NCBI RefSeq assembly: GCF_009914755.1
Contig: NC_060932.1
Length of the DNA stretch: 64,000 nucleotides
DNA from: the human T2T-CHM13v2.0 reference genome, Homo sapiens
Reading direction: 5' to 3' (one strand)
A program made the translations under genes and the position numbers. Below are positions 1 to 17,057 of the stretch, in pieces. The notes below the pieces were generated by a model that saw nothing but the letters and a program-made list of their open reading frames with translations, searched no databases and was not told the origin of the DNA. Numbering within the stretch: the first letter of the stretch is position 1; every line of letters starts with the position of its first letter.

Positions 1-155
1 TTTTGGTTACGATAGCCTTGTAGTATAATTTGAAATCAGGTGATGTGATGCCTCTAGATTTGTTCTTTTTGTTTACAATTTGCTTTGGCTAGTCAGGCTC
101 TTTTTTGTTTCCATACTAATTTTAGAGCTGTTTTTTCTAATTCTGTGAAAATGAC
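1..155 (-). mobile_element. L1 (L1PB-like) ORF2 fragment, non-inverted part of a 5'-inverted insertion; continues left out of the window
   Basis: TTTTGGTTACGATAGCCTTGTAGTATAATTTGAAATCAGG...TTTTTCTAATTCTGTGAAAATGAC is antisense L1 ORF2, homologous to ~9411-9565 of the full-length L1 in this window. Confidence 0.85.
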
Positions 156-157
156 AG

Positions 158-857
158 CATCCTTTTATGACAAAAACCCTCAACAAACTAGGCATAGAAG
201 GAATATACCTCCAAATAATAAAAGTCATCTATGAAAAACCCACAGCCAACATCAATTTGAACAGGGGAAAGTTGAAAGCATTCCCTCTAAGAACTGGAAC
301 AGGACAAGAATGCCCACTTTCACCACATCTATTCAACATAGTACTAGAAGTCCTAGCCAGAGCAATCAGGCAAGAGAAACAAATAAAGGGCATCAAAATT
401 GGAAAAGAGGAAGTCAAATTATCTCTGTTTGCCAATGATAATGATCTTATACCTAGAAAACCCTAAAGACTCCTCCAAAAGACTCCTATATTTGGTAAAT
501 GAATTCAGTAAAGTCTCAGGTTACAAAATCAATGTACATAGATCACTAGCACTGTTATATACCAACAATGACCAAGCTGAGAATCAAATCAAAAACTCAA
601 TCACTTCTACAATAGCTACAAAAAAAAATAATAAAATACCTAGGAATATACTTAACCAAGGAGGTTAAAGATCTCTACAAGGAGAACTACAAAACACTGA
701 TGAAAGAAATCATAGATGACACAAACAAATGGAAAAGCATCCATTTGGAAGAATGGATAGCAGAATCATGGATTGGAAGAATCAATATCCTGAAAATGAC
801 CATAGTGCCCAAAGCAATCTACAGATTCAATGCAATTCCTATCAAAACATCAACCTC
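158..857 (+). mobile_element. L1 (L1PB-like) ORF2 reverse-transcriptase region, inverted segment, frameshifted
   Basis: ORFs 167-466, 399-668 and 700-885 translate to L1 ORF2 RT ([52 protein letters not shown]). Confidence 0.93.
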
Positions 858-1165
858 GGCCAGACACGGTGGCTCACACCTGTAATCCTAGCACTTTGGG
901 AGGCCGAGGTGGGTGGATCACCTGAGGTCAGGAGTTCGAGACCAGCCTGACCAACATGGAGACACCCCATCTCTACTAAAAATACAAAAATTAGCCGGGT
1001 GTGATGGGGCACTCCTGTAATCCCAGCTACTCGAGAGGCTGAGGTAGGAGAATCGCTTGAACTCGGGAGACGGAGGTTGCGGTGAGCCGAGATCTCACCA
1101 TTTCTCACCATTGCACTTAAGCCTGGGCAACAAGAGCAAAACTCCGCCTCAAAAACAAAAAAAAA
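858..1165 (+). mobile_element. Alu (AluSp-like) with an internal 10-bp tandem duplication
   Basis: Dimeric Alu with A tail; GACCAACATGGAGA and GGTTGCGGTGAGC diagnostics; TCTCACCATT twice at 1093-1112. Confidence 0.95.
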
Positions 1166-2039
1166 TTGATTGATTGACTGAATTGAAGGAAAAAAAAAAA
1201 CCCTAAACAGTACTTGGAATTTGAGCTGCCGCCAGGTGCAAGGTCCCATTGCACCACTGAGAGCAGACATACTAAGTGAGGCCATGTAATCTGCCCCCTT
1301 CAGGCAGGGTCAGGATGGTGCTGACCTAGCTGCAGCTTTTGTTGTGGAGCACTGAGCAGGCAGTCTGGACACAGTGCACACTGGACCAAGGTCTCATTCA
1401 CTGGGACCAAGAGCCACCAGAGAGATGCTTATATTTGCACAGGAAAGCATTGAAAATGTAAACAAACATGCACTTCCATCATACCACAAACTTCTAACTA
1501 TCAAACAGCTTCAAAATTAAAAGAGACGTCCAAATGCCCATCTCCTGCCCTCCCAGTTTGCCATACTCCAAGGGCTGCCCTGGAATTCAGTTCAGAAGCC
1601 TGGTCAAGAGACCTTCATAGAACTCAGAGGGGCAAAATGTGATGATTCAGAACTAGTCCCAATTTGTGAAATCCGGTGTGCACTGGAATGCAAAAGGAGA
1701 TGCTGTGACTGAATATTGAGAGAGAAATCAATTTACCACAGGCTGGATCAGCTCGCTTTGCCTGAGCCTCACTCTGCCCCTTCCCCCAAATTCTACAGAC
1801 TCATCAGAGCAAAGTATTCTGTGCTGATTCTGGCTGGAGAGCCAGGGAAGTGAAGAACAGAACAGAACAGCAATCTTTATGATCAAACGAAATCTGTAAG
1901 AACTCATTCTGCAGAATTTTCCAGGAATTCATCTAGGTGAGAAACTACCAGGGGATGGAGAAAAACTCGGGGTCTTAGCTGGTTTTGTTGCCCCAACAAG
2001 CCTGCCTGAAGGACCCACCCCCTGCTGTCACTATTACAT

Positions 2040-2245
2040 TCCCATGTTTAGTTCCTTCATAGCACTTATCACTGTTTGAAATTATTTGTCTACCAGTTTA
2101 GATTTGTCTTCTCCTAAGAATATAAGCTCAGTGACAACAGGGACTTTATCTGATTGATTTCCCATCTTATTCATCACTCTAGAACAGCATATAATTTGCT
2201 CTGGATAATTATTTGTTGAAGAGATAAATGAGCAAGTGAATAAAT
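2040..2245 (+). mobile_element. L2 3' fragment
   Basis: TTCATAGCACTTATCAC...TATAAGCTC...CAGGGACTTT...TATTTGTTGAA, typical L2 3' end. Confidence 0.65.
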
Positions 2246-2349
2246 ATTTTCAGTAGCTTGAGACAGCCCTTGCATAAGAACAGTCCTGTAACCCCATCTG
2301 CAGAATCCATTACTGTCAAAGAAAAAGCATAACAACCTCTATTCATCTA

Positions 2350-2530
2350 ATACTTAACAGTTTTCATAGCATTAAGTAGGTGTTATCTGATTTAATCCTC
2401 ACAGCAAATTTGGGAGATAAGTATTATCATTTCAATTTTACAGGTGAGAAAACTGAGTCTCCAGAATGTTCAATGACATCCTCAAGATCACATAACTGAT
2501 AAATAGCAGAACTGAACTCAAATAGCCAAG
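2350..2530 (-). mobile_element. MIR
   Basis: TTTAATCCTCACAGC...ATTTTACAGGTGAGAAAACTGAG...CAAGATCACA, antisense MIR core. Confidence 0.8.
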
Positions 2531-4742
2531 TCCAAGTTCAGTGTTTAGTCTATGCTTGAGAAACAGTTTAAAAGAAATGAGCCAGCTTCACATCCAGATC
2601 CTCTCTAATTTATGTATTTACATCCCCCAAGATAGAGTACAACATTATCTCTTTACTCTGGAAAAGATGTGGCCCAGTGGAGAGAGCGTGGGCCAAAGCT
2701 CAGACCAGAGCTGCAAGAACCAGTCATGTAAACTTGGAGAAATCTTGGCACCTCTCAGTGGGACCCTGTTTCTTCTTCTTTCAAGTGGGTGTAATAACAC
2801 TTGACTTGTCTGCCTCACAGTGTGCCACGAGTCTTCAATTTAAAAAGATGAAAAGTGCCACCAAGATGTAAGTTCAACATTACAACAGGATGCTGGGGCT
2901 TTTGTGTCCTGGCCCTCCCTGCTTGGAAAGCCAACCATGAAGGGTCCTCAACTCCCCTCACCCACCTTATTACCCTGGTGACTTTGTTTTCCCCATATCT
3001 CAGCCTCCCTACAGAGGCCATATATAGAAATATATATTGGTGATAATCACTCATCTTTATGAATATACTAAAGCTACTGAATTGTAATCTTTAAATATAG
3101 TGTGTGAATTATGTCTCCATTTTTAAAAAGAGACAATGTCTATGGCCCAGGTAAGAGGCACACCAAGACCTACCTAGGATTGGGAATAGGGAGGAGAAAA
3201 ATTAATTATAGGAGATTTTAGGGAAGAAGAAGGAGCCAAATATGATTACAGCCCTAAGCCTAGAAATGAGGGAAAATGGTGGTGCCCTTAACAGAAAGAA
3301 GGGCAAGCAAGTCTAGGAGACACAGTGATTAGCTCAGTGTAGGGCATACTGAGTACGAGAGTTCAAGGGGCCACACAGGTGCACACGCACATCAGAAAGC
3401 TGGAAAATCAGGCCTGAATTTCTGGAAATGGTAAAGAGTTGGGAACCACCTACCTTAAAGTCATGATTAAAGACTAGAGACAAGATGAGCCTTCTCAAGA
3501 TTGTTTTTTAAAAAAAGAGCCAGCAGAGATTTTTCTCCTATATTTCAAGTCTTCTCTAAATTGGCGAGCTCCACTTCTTGTCAATTTATGGATGCTTTGT
3601 GTACAGTTGTATCTGATTAGACCTGGAGTGTGTCCCATCTCATTTTCTAAAGGACTTTCTCTGTTCATCCCGTTTTATAGATCTTGCAATTTACTATATA
3701 TTCCATATGAAACATATGGCAGTTTACTTCCAATTACAAATATGGTTTCTGTGCCTAACAGTCTACATGAGAAGCAGATGGACTTCAGGCACAGCTATTG
3801 ACTATAGTTATAATTTGTATGTTCTTAGGGAAATATTTGTTGCTGTGATTTTTCCAAAGCAGAATCATCAAAAATGTAGTTATTTGAAAGCTCTACCTGA
3901 TCATTTTCTGAATCTCCTGTATGTCTACTTCTGTTATCTCTTTTTTCCTCTTGGGGTTTGGACATGTGGTTCAGTTTTTAGACGATCTATAATTTTTGAT
4001 TGGATGCCTGACATTGTGAACCAAAACTTGTAGAGGCTCTAGATGATGTTGTTTTTCTCCAAGGAAGATTAAGGTTTTTCTTCAAGCAGATAAAGAGCCA
4101 GTAGACCACATTTAGCCTGTCCAGGTTCCATTGTAGGCTTTGTTACTGCTGATCTATTTTAATTCTTCTCTTACTCTTAGAGCATAGTGATTACTCTGAG
4201 AGAACTGCTCTAGGGTACAGCCCTTACTCCTATGCCTTGGGCCTCGTGAGGTCTTAACTGACATCTCAAGGTGTTGTTTACCAAGCCTCATCTATCTTGG
4301 TAAGACAATGCTATCTCCTCAGCACTGTACGTGGCTGAAATCTCTGCTCACGTCTTCAGCCTCCCTGCTGCTATATTCTTCTGGAAATCTTGGGATCTCA
4401 CTCTGCACATGTGCAACTGAGAAATCATCTGATGCCTTCAGGGAATCCTTTTGCATATTTGGGGACCCACTTCTCTGTGGTTCTCTCCTCTCTGGCAGTC
4501 CCCAACACTGAGGAGACCTCTGTCTACTTAGCACGGTAGGGCAGGGGGAGGGGGGTTGATGCTTTCTGCTTGGGCTTTAGTCCCCTTGCTGAGAATGAAA
4601 AAAACATCCTCAGAGCGTAATTACATGTGGCAGATGTGGAGTTCATTTGATTTGCTGCCCGTCTCTCAAGGATCATAGCTCCTGGGCTTCCTGACTGTGT
4701 TGATTGTTCTCCAAAGCTTTCAAATGTGTTTTTAAATATTCA

Positions 4743-5069
<327 letters not shown>

Positions 5070-6204
5070 TTAGTGTAATACAAATTACTTCATTGGAACT
5101 AGAAACCTGACTCAAGAGAATAAACAGATAGATAAGAATTGGCACTTGGAAACCTAATTTGGGGAGGAGGAATGAAAGATAGGAGAAAAAGAGAAAGAAG
5201 AGGAAAACTAGAATATGACAATCTTATGAAGGCCCAAGAGAAAAGTGCTGGAGTTAGCATTATCAAAAAGAAAGCTAAGATAAGGACATTATCCTTGGTG
5301 AGAGCAGAAGGTCATCGGTGTCGCATTTACTAATTGTCCTATGTGTTTATCTCCACCAAATGGTAAGCTTCTGGGGGATGTGTGACAAGCCTTACAATTG
5401 TATGCATCGTCACAGAACCATTCTAAACATTCACTAAATGTTCACTCTACAGTTGTTCATGAACTACAGGATTAGGAAAAGTTTCAAATAGCTGAATAGA
5501 ACGCGTTTGAGAGAGGCTGGGGTAAAGCTGCTGGAAAGGTGTGGTTTGGAGTGTCCTCAGCAGAAGAAGGGTTGGGAGACACTAATTCAGCAGAGCGCCC
5601 CACCCCCACCCCACTAGACTATTTATACCCACCAGCAAACGTGCCAGGTGCATAGCATTCAGCTCATGACTCAAGGAGCAGAAATGAATTTAATTTCAAG
5701 GATCCCGACTCATACATGGAGAAAAGAAGTTTAACTTGTGCCTTTTCTTCTGCCCTCTACTATCCATGCAAGTAACACCCATAAAAAAAAAAAGAGACCT
5801 GTGAGTGAGCAGGCTATGAGTCTATAGGAAATGTAATTTCCTTTGCTTCATCTGTAAAAATATTTTTCATTTGCATTTGGTTGAAAGAATGTCCTGTGCC
5901 CACTCGATCCTTTTGGCAACTGGAAATGCCTACTATGGCCCGCTCACATCACCTTGGCTCTCCATCTGAGAGGACAGAGCTTTCCCTTACTTCATTTCAC
6001 TCCCACTCCAGATCCAAAGGTGCCTCTTCTCATTGTGCCCTCTCCCTTCCTGTAACTACCCAGTCAGTTTCCAGTGTGTATAGACACGTCTAACCTGATG
6101 GAGAACTTCACAGATCAACAAAGTCACGGGCAAGTGGAGCTAGAAGGGTCCACGTGGGTGATACTATCTGACCCAACAAAGGGTAGTGTCCTTTAATGAT
6201 TGTG

Positions 6205-6375
6205 TTGACTTTTGGAGCCAGGCTGCATTTGAGTCCTAGTTTTGCCACTTTTCATCTTTGTGACCTTGGGTAAACCCTGTAGTCTCTCTGTGCTTCAGTT
6301 ACATCTTCAGTAAAATAGGAATGATAAGAGCACTTACCTTGTAATGCTGTTGTGAGGATTAATACAGTGCCTGGC
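6205..6375 (+). mobile_element. MIR
   Basis: TGTGACCTTGGGTAA...CTCTCTGTGCTTCAGTT...TAAAATAGGAATGATAA...GTTGTGAGGATTAA. Confidence 0.8.
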
Positions 6376-6934
6376 TACCCTTACGAAGGCATGAGAAAGC
6401 TCACTCTAAGCTATAAAATGATGTAAGTGTGCAGCATGATTGCCTTTATTTTTCTTACTGCCACATCCAGTTTTTAGTCAATTCCGACTTGTGTGGATCT
6501 CAGGAGACAGGGAACTGCTAGACTGCCCACCACAGAGCCAGTCAGCATCTGCACTGTGCTGGGTCAGATGTCTCTCCAGCGGTATGGCAAATGCTGGCTG
6601 GCCCAGGGATGGGGAGCAACTCTGCCATGGAACTGAAGCCCTCCTCAGTACTGCTTAGAGGGAGACTGTCCCAGAAGCAGCCAGGATTAGAGAAGGGGCC
6701 TAGCTGGGGTGCCGGGCAGTCAGAAACAGGGGATAAATCAAGACAGACTCTGTGGAAAAGAAAAGCAACTGCCACCTCCACCTTCCCTCCTCACATACAG
6801 TGGATGATCAATGACTCATCTCAAAGGGAACGTTTCTTTGTGAGAGTGCAATGCATCTTCATTAGATTGATTAAAAATTGTTCCTTGCCAACTGAAAGCA
6901 TGTGTATTAGAGAGTCTGGAATGTAAAAGCAGAA

Positions 6935-7140
6935 AGGGCTTTGAACACACCTGTGTCCCAACCCTGGCTCTGCCACTTATCAGCTCTGTGACCTTTGGAA
7001 AATTGCTTAGCTCCTCTGGTTCTGTTACTTTGTCTATAAAATGAGGATAATAATTTCCATTCCATAGGGTTATTGTTGAATGACAAAGGAGATGGCCTAT
7101 GTACAATGCTGTGCACATACAGTGCCAGGCTCAGAGGAGG
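6935..7140 (+). mobile_element. MIR
   Basis: GGCTCTGCCACTTATCAGCTCTGTGACCTTTGG...CTATAAAATGAGGATAATAA. Confidence 0.8.
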
Positions 7141-7326
7141 CAATAAGACAATGTCTGCTCCTTCCCTCTCTAAGTGAATCATTATGTCTGAGTGTGCAGG
7201 GAGTATTCAATTGCTTGTCAACCTGTCCACCCCGTGGTGTCTCAAGTGTCTCCAGAATTCCTAGAATTGAATGATAGGTGCTCAGAACAGAACAAAACTC
7301 GAGAGTGTCTTGCTCTATAAGATTTA

Positions 7327-7828
<502 letters not shown>

Positions 7829-8249
7829 TCATAGTAAGTATTTTATCTAGAGTTATTTCCAAAATTGTGAACCTATACAAATTTATTTTACCAAAGCTAC
7901 CATGTTTTCTGTTTATTTTCATGTCAGTGTTCTCTACCCAGTTAAGATACTTGGGGGCAGAGACCATGAGCCACTGATCTTTGTATTGTCACTGCTTGAC
8001 TTACTATTTGGCACATATGCAGTACTCAATAAATCCTTTTTTATATATATACTTTAAGTTCTGGGATACAAGTGCAGAACATGGAGGTTTGTTACATAGG
8101 TATACACGTGCCATGTTGGTTTGCTGTACCCAGCAACCCGTCATCTACATTAGGTCTTTCTCCTAATGCTATCCCTCCCCTTGCCCTCCATCCCCCAACA
8201 GGCCCCAGTATGTGACATTCCCCTCCCTGTGCCCATAAGTTCTCATTGT

Positions 8250-12054
<3,805 letters not shown>

Positions 12055-12114
12055 GATGCTAGCTGGTTATTTTACCCATTAGTTGATGTAGTTTCTTTAT
12101 AGTGTCGATGATCT

Positions 12115-13125
12115 TTACATTTTGGTATGTTTTTGCAGTGGCTGGTACTGGTTTTTCCTTTCCATGTTTAGTGCTTCCTTCAGGAGCTCTTGTTAAGGCA
12201 GGCGTGGTGGTGACAAAATCCCTCAGCATTTTCTTGTCTGTAAAGGATTTTATTTCTCTTTTGCTTATGAAGCTTAGTTTGACTAGATATGAAATTCTGG
12301 GTTGAAAATTCTTTTCTTTAAGAATGTTGAATATTGGCCCCTACTCTCTTCTGGCTTGTAGAGTTTCTGCTGAGAGACCCACTGTTAATCTGATGGGCTT
12401 CCCTTTGTGGGTAACCCGACCTTTCTCTCTGGCTACCCTCAACATTTTTTCCTTCATTTCAACCTCAGTGAATCTGACGATTATGTGTCTTGGGGTTGCT
12501 CTTCTTGAGGAGTATCTCTGTGGTGTTCTTTGTATTTCCTGAATTTGAATGTTGGCCTATCTTGCTAGGTTGGGAAAGTTCTCCTGGATAATATCCTGAA
12601 GTGTGTTTTCCAACTTGATTCCATTCTCCCCGTCACTTTCGGGTACACCAACCAAACATAGGTTTGGTCTTTTCACATAGTCCCATGTTTCTTGGAGGCT
12701 TTGTTCATTCCTTTTCATTCTTTTTTTTCTAATCTTGTCTTCACACTTTATTCAATCTCTGATATCGTTTCTTCTGCTTGATCGATTCAGCTATTGACAC
12801 TTGTGTATGCTTCACAAAGTTCTCGTGCTGTGTTTTTCAGCTCCATCAGGTAATTTATGTTCTTCTGTATACTGGTTATTCTAGTTAGCAGTTACTGTAG
12901 CCTTTTATCAAGGTTCTTAGCTTCCTTGCATTGGGTTAGAACATGCTCCTTTTGCTCAGAGGAGTTTGTTATTACCCACCTTCTGAAGCCTACTTCTGTC
13001 AATTCATCAAACTCATTCTCTGTCTAGTTTTGTTCCCTTGCTGGTGAGGAGTTGTGATCCTTTGGAGGAGAAGAGGCATTCTGGTTTTTGGAATTTTCCG
13101 CCTTTTTGCACTGGTTTTTCCTTAT
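12115..13125 (-). pseudogene. L1 ORF1 (RNA-binding protein), disrupted
   Basis: Start codon reads ATA (ATA AGG AAA AAC CAG...) at 13123-13125, with an early in-frame TAG after GAA CAA AAC; 3' boundary approximate. Confidence 0.85.
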
Positions 13126-13835
13126 CTTTGTGGATTTATCTACCTTTGATCTTTGAGGTTGGTGACCTTTGGATGGGGTTTTGGTGTGGGCATCCTTTTT
13201 GTTGATGTTGATGCTATTGTTTTCTGTTTGTTAGTTTTCCTTCTAACAGGCCCCTCTTCTTCAGGTCTGCTGGAGTTTGTTGGAGGTCTACTCCAGGCCC
13301 TGTTTGCCTGGGTATCACCAGCAGAGGCTGTAGAACAGCAAATATTGCTGTCTGCTCCTTCCTCTGGAAGCTTCATCCCAGAGGGGCACCCACCAGATGC
13401 CAGCCAGAGCTCTTTCGTAAGAGGTGTCTGTCGACCCCCCTGGGGATGTGTCTCCCGGTCAGGAGCCACGGGTGTCAGGGACCCATTTGAGGAGGAAATC
13501 TGTTCCTTAGCAGAGCTCGAGGGCTGTGCTGGGAGATCTGCTGCTGTCTTCAGAGCTGACAGGCAGGAATGTTTAAGTCTGCTGAAGCTGCGCCCACAGC
13601 CGCCCCTTCCCCCAGGTGCTCTGTCTCAGGGAGACAGGAGTTTTATCTATAAGCCCCTGACTGGGGCTGCTGCCTTTCTTTCAGAGATGCCCTGCCCAGA
13701 GAGGAGGCATCTAGAGAGACAGTCTGGCTACAGCGGCTTTGCTGCGCTGTAGTGGGTTGGTTCTGCACCCAGTTCGAACTTCCCAGTGGCTTTGTTTACA
13801 CTGTGAGGGGAAAACCGCCTACTCAAGCCTCAGTA

Positions 13836-14096
13836 ATGGCAGATGCCCCATCCCCCAGCAAGCTCACGTGTCCCAGGTCGACTTCAGAATGCTGTGCTGG
13901 CAGCGAGAATTTCAAGCCAGTGGATCTTAGTTTGTTGGGCTCCATGGGGGTAGGATCCACTGAGCAAGACCAGTCAGCTCCCTCGCTTCAGCCCCCTTTC
14001 CAGGGTAGTGAACGGGGTTCTGTCTCACTGGTGTTCCAGGCGCCACTGGGGTATGAAAAAAAACTCCTGCAGCTAGTTCGGGGTCTGCCAAAATAG
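13836..14096 (+). CDS. L1 antisense ORF0-like open frame, 86 aa (expression unknown)
   Basis: MADAPSPSKLTCPRSTSECCAGS...SMGVGSTE resembles L1 ORF0 as I recall it (MAGAPPPASLPPCSLISDCCASN...SVGVGPSE); context GTAATGG; antisense within the 5'UTR. Confidence 0.45.
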   Translation: MADAPSPSKLTCPRSTSECCAGSENFKPVDLSLLGSMGVGSTEQDQSAPSLQPPFQGSERGSVSLVFQAPLGYEKKLLQLVRGLPK

Positions 14097-14650
14097 CCGC
14101 CTAGTTTTGTGCTTGAAACCCAGGGCCCTGGTGGTGTAGGCACCTGAGGGAATCTCCTGGTCTGTGAGTTGCGAAGACCATGGGAAAACCGTAGTATCTG
14201 GGCCAGATAGCACCGTCCCTCATGGCACAATCCCTCATGGCTTCCCTTGGCTACGGGAGGGAGTTCCTCGACCCCTTGCACTTCCTGGGTGAGGCGACCC
14301 TGCTTCTGCTCACCCTCCATGGGCTGTACCCCCTGTCTAACCAGTCCCAATGAGATCAACCAAGCACCTCAGTTGGAAATGCAGAAATCACCCGCCTTCT
14401 GTGCTGGTCTCACTGGGAGCTGCAGACCAGAGCTCTTCCTATTCAGCCATCTTGCCTGGTCCATCCAATGCTCAATAAATCTTAAAGCGAACTTGGAACT
14501 GAGCTGTTCTTCCTACCTAAACTCTCTAGTTATTTAAAAGTCAAATTCAATATGACCTCCCACACAATGGTTGACTATGACTTGGGATAAATTGTTTTAT
14601 GCCCTTGAAGCAGCCAAAATAAACAACTCATCATTAATAAAAATGCTCAT

Positions 14651-14932
14651 AGCCAGGTGCAGTGGCACATGCTTGTAATCCCAGCATTTTGGGAGGCCAA
14701 GGCAGGAGGAACATTTGAGGCAAGGAGTTCAAGGCCAACCTGGGCAACATAGCAAGCAACATTAGCTGAGTGCAGTGGCACCACCTGTAGTTTCAGCTAC
14801 TTGGGAAACTGAGGTGGGAGGATCTCTTGAGCCTGGGGGGTTTGAGGATACAGTGAGCCTTGATTGTGCCACTGCACTCCAGTCAGGGTGACAGAGTGAG
14901 ATTCTGTTTCAAAAATAATAAATAAATAAAAA
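14651..14932 (+). mobile_element. AluJ lacking the middle A-rich linker
   Basis: GGAGGATCTCTTGAGCC (J-type); left arm joins right arm at GCAACATAGCAAGCAACATTAGC; TSD-like ATGCTCA on both sides. Confidence 0.9.
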
Positions 14933-15859
14933 GATGCTCACAAGACAGGTGAAAAAAAGATCCCAGACCTTTTGGGATAATTCCAAAGTAGATTCTTAGA
15001 TTATTTTTTCACCCACCTTCCTTTCCAAAATATCTCAACATAAGCTTTCAGGAAATTTCACTGTCTAATAATAACAAAAACAAAAAAATACAGCGGTTTC
15101 CATCTATGAAATCCTTACCAGGCACCCAAGCAAAGTGCTTTCCATGGATTATTTGAATCCTTGTTGCAGCTTCACAATAGGATCAAAGAGAAGGCAAGTT
15201 CTATGTGCTTTGATGCCTAGCAAGGCAGCTGCCCAGGGTCCCTTAGCTAGCAAGCCACATATCCAATCCAGAAGGTCAGACTCCAAAGCCAGGACTCTCT
15301 GCCACTGCACCTACCTTCCTCCCAGCCTAGCATTTGGGCTTCCTAAAACCTATTCCAAAGATTTCACTTCACACGTAAGTTTTTTCCTTCCATGTGCCTT
15401 TTGCTTCAGCCAGGAGGAGCTACTTGCTCTTTAACTTACACTCTACACTTCCCAAACTCTGCCATGGCTTAGGAAACACCTGCTTCCTGGAGTGCTTTTC
15501 CCATCTTCTCTGCATATCCAATCCCACCAACCTTCCGGGTCAAACACCATCTCTTCCAGAAAATCTTCCTTATCACCCTGTACTCACCACCACTGCACCC
15601 CAAGCCCCAACAGGTGTCTCCACTCCCTTCTCTAAACTGTCAGAGTGTTTTCTCAGCACTGCTCCTACAGCACTTCACACCTTGTCCCTGGTTCTCAGTG
15701 ATGTGTAGAGGTCCCATCTCCACTTGATGGTGCTCACCTTGGAGGCAGAATCCAGGTAGGATCCAGACTCATCTCCCCACAACACCCAGGACAGGAGATG
15801 GTGTGGTGGAAGCCACTCCCGTGGCAGCCCCGTGATCCGGAAGGATTTATCTGACAAGC

Positions 15860-16200
15860 AAACCCAGGCAGATTCCCTGCCCCCTCCCAGATTTTCTCAC
15901 ACCGGCCAACTTAATTGATTTAATGGGCCTTTGTGGGACTCACCAACCAAGCATAAAATGGACCCACCTGCAGCCCGGAGCCACCCAATCAATCAAAGGG
16001 AGACAGAAAACCGAAAATGCTGCATACGAGTAAAATAAATAATGGCCAATTAGTCACCATCTGGGCCTTGCTGTCAGCGGACAAAACCCACAACAATCCC
16101 CATTTCACTTCCTGCCTGGTCAGATTGCACAATGAATTCTCAACAGAAAGGCGGGAACAAGGAGTCTCAACTCCTTGTTTTAAAATAGGATGTGCCTGTG
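15860..16200. promoter_or_regulatory. Candidate enhancer (repeat-free motif cluster)
   Basis: Homeobox, PBX, TCF/LEF, E-box, ETS and C/EBP motifs within ~300 bp; motif evidence only. Confidence 0.4.
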
Positions 16201-16339
16201 AATTTGCTTTGAGGAAATTTCATCAACTCAGCTGACATTTGTTAAGCACCTACTGCATACCTGATGCTCTGCTGGGCACTGGAGATACAACAGTGACAAA
16301 GACTCCTCTGCCAAAGAGCTGAGCATGTGAATAACCTCA

Positions 16340-17057
<718 letters not shown>

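Noticed and set aside
1291-1305. CTCF-like CTGCCCCCTTCAGGC (also CCACTAGGAGGCA near 35294)
   Set aside because: Each has a mismatch at an informative position; not supportable without a PWM scan or ChIP data
3830-4740. Possible unique exon-like sequence
   Set aside because: Resembles a highly decayed ancient L1M segment; too degraded to call either way by eye
13153-13752. 199-aa plus-strand ORF
   Set aside because: Antisense to the L1 5'UTR, starts at a non-ATG codon and resembles no protein I recognise
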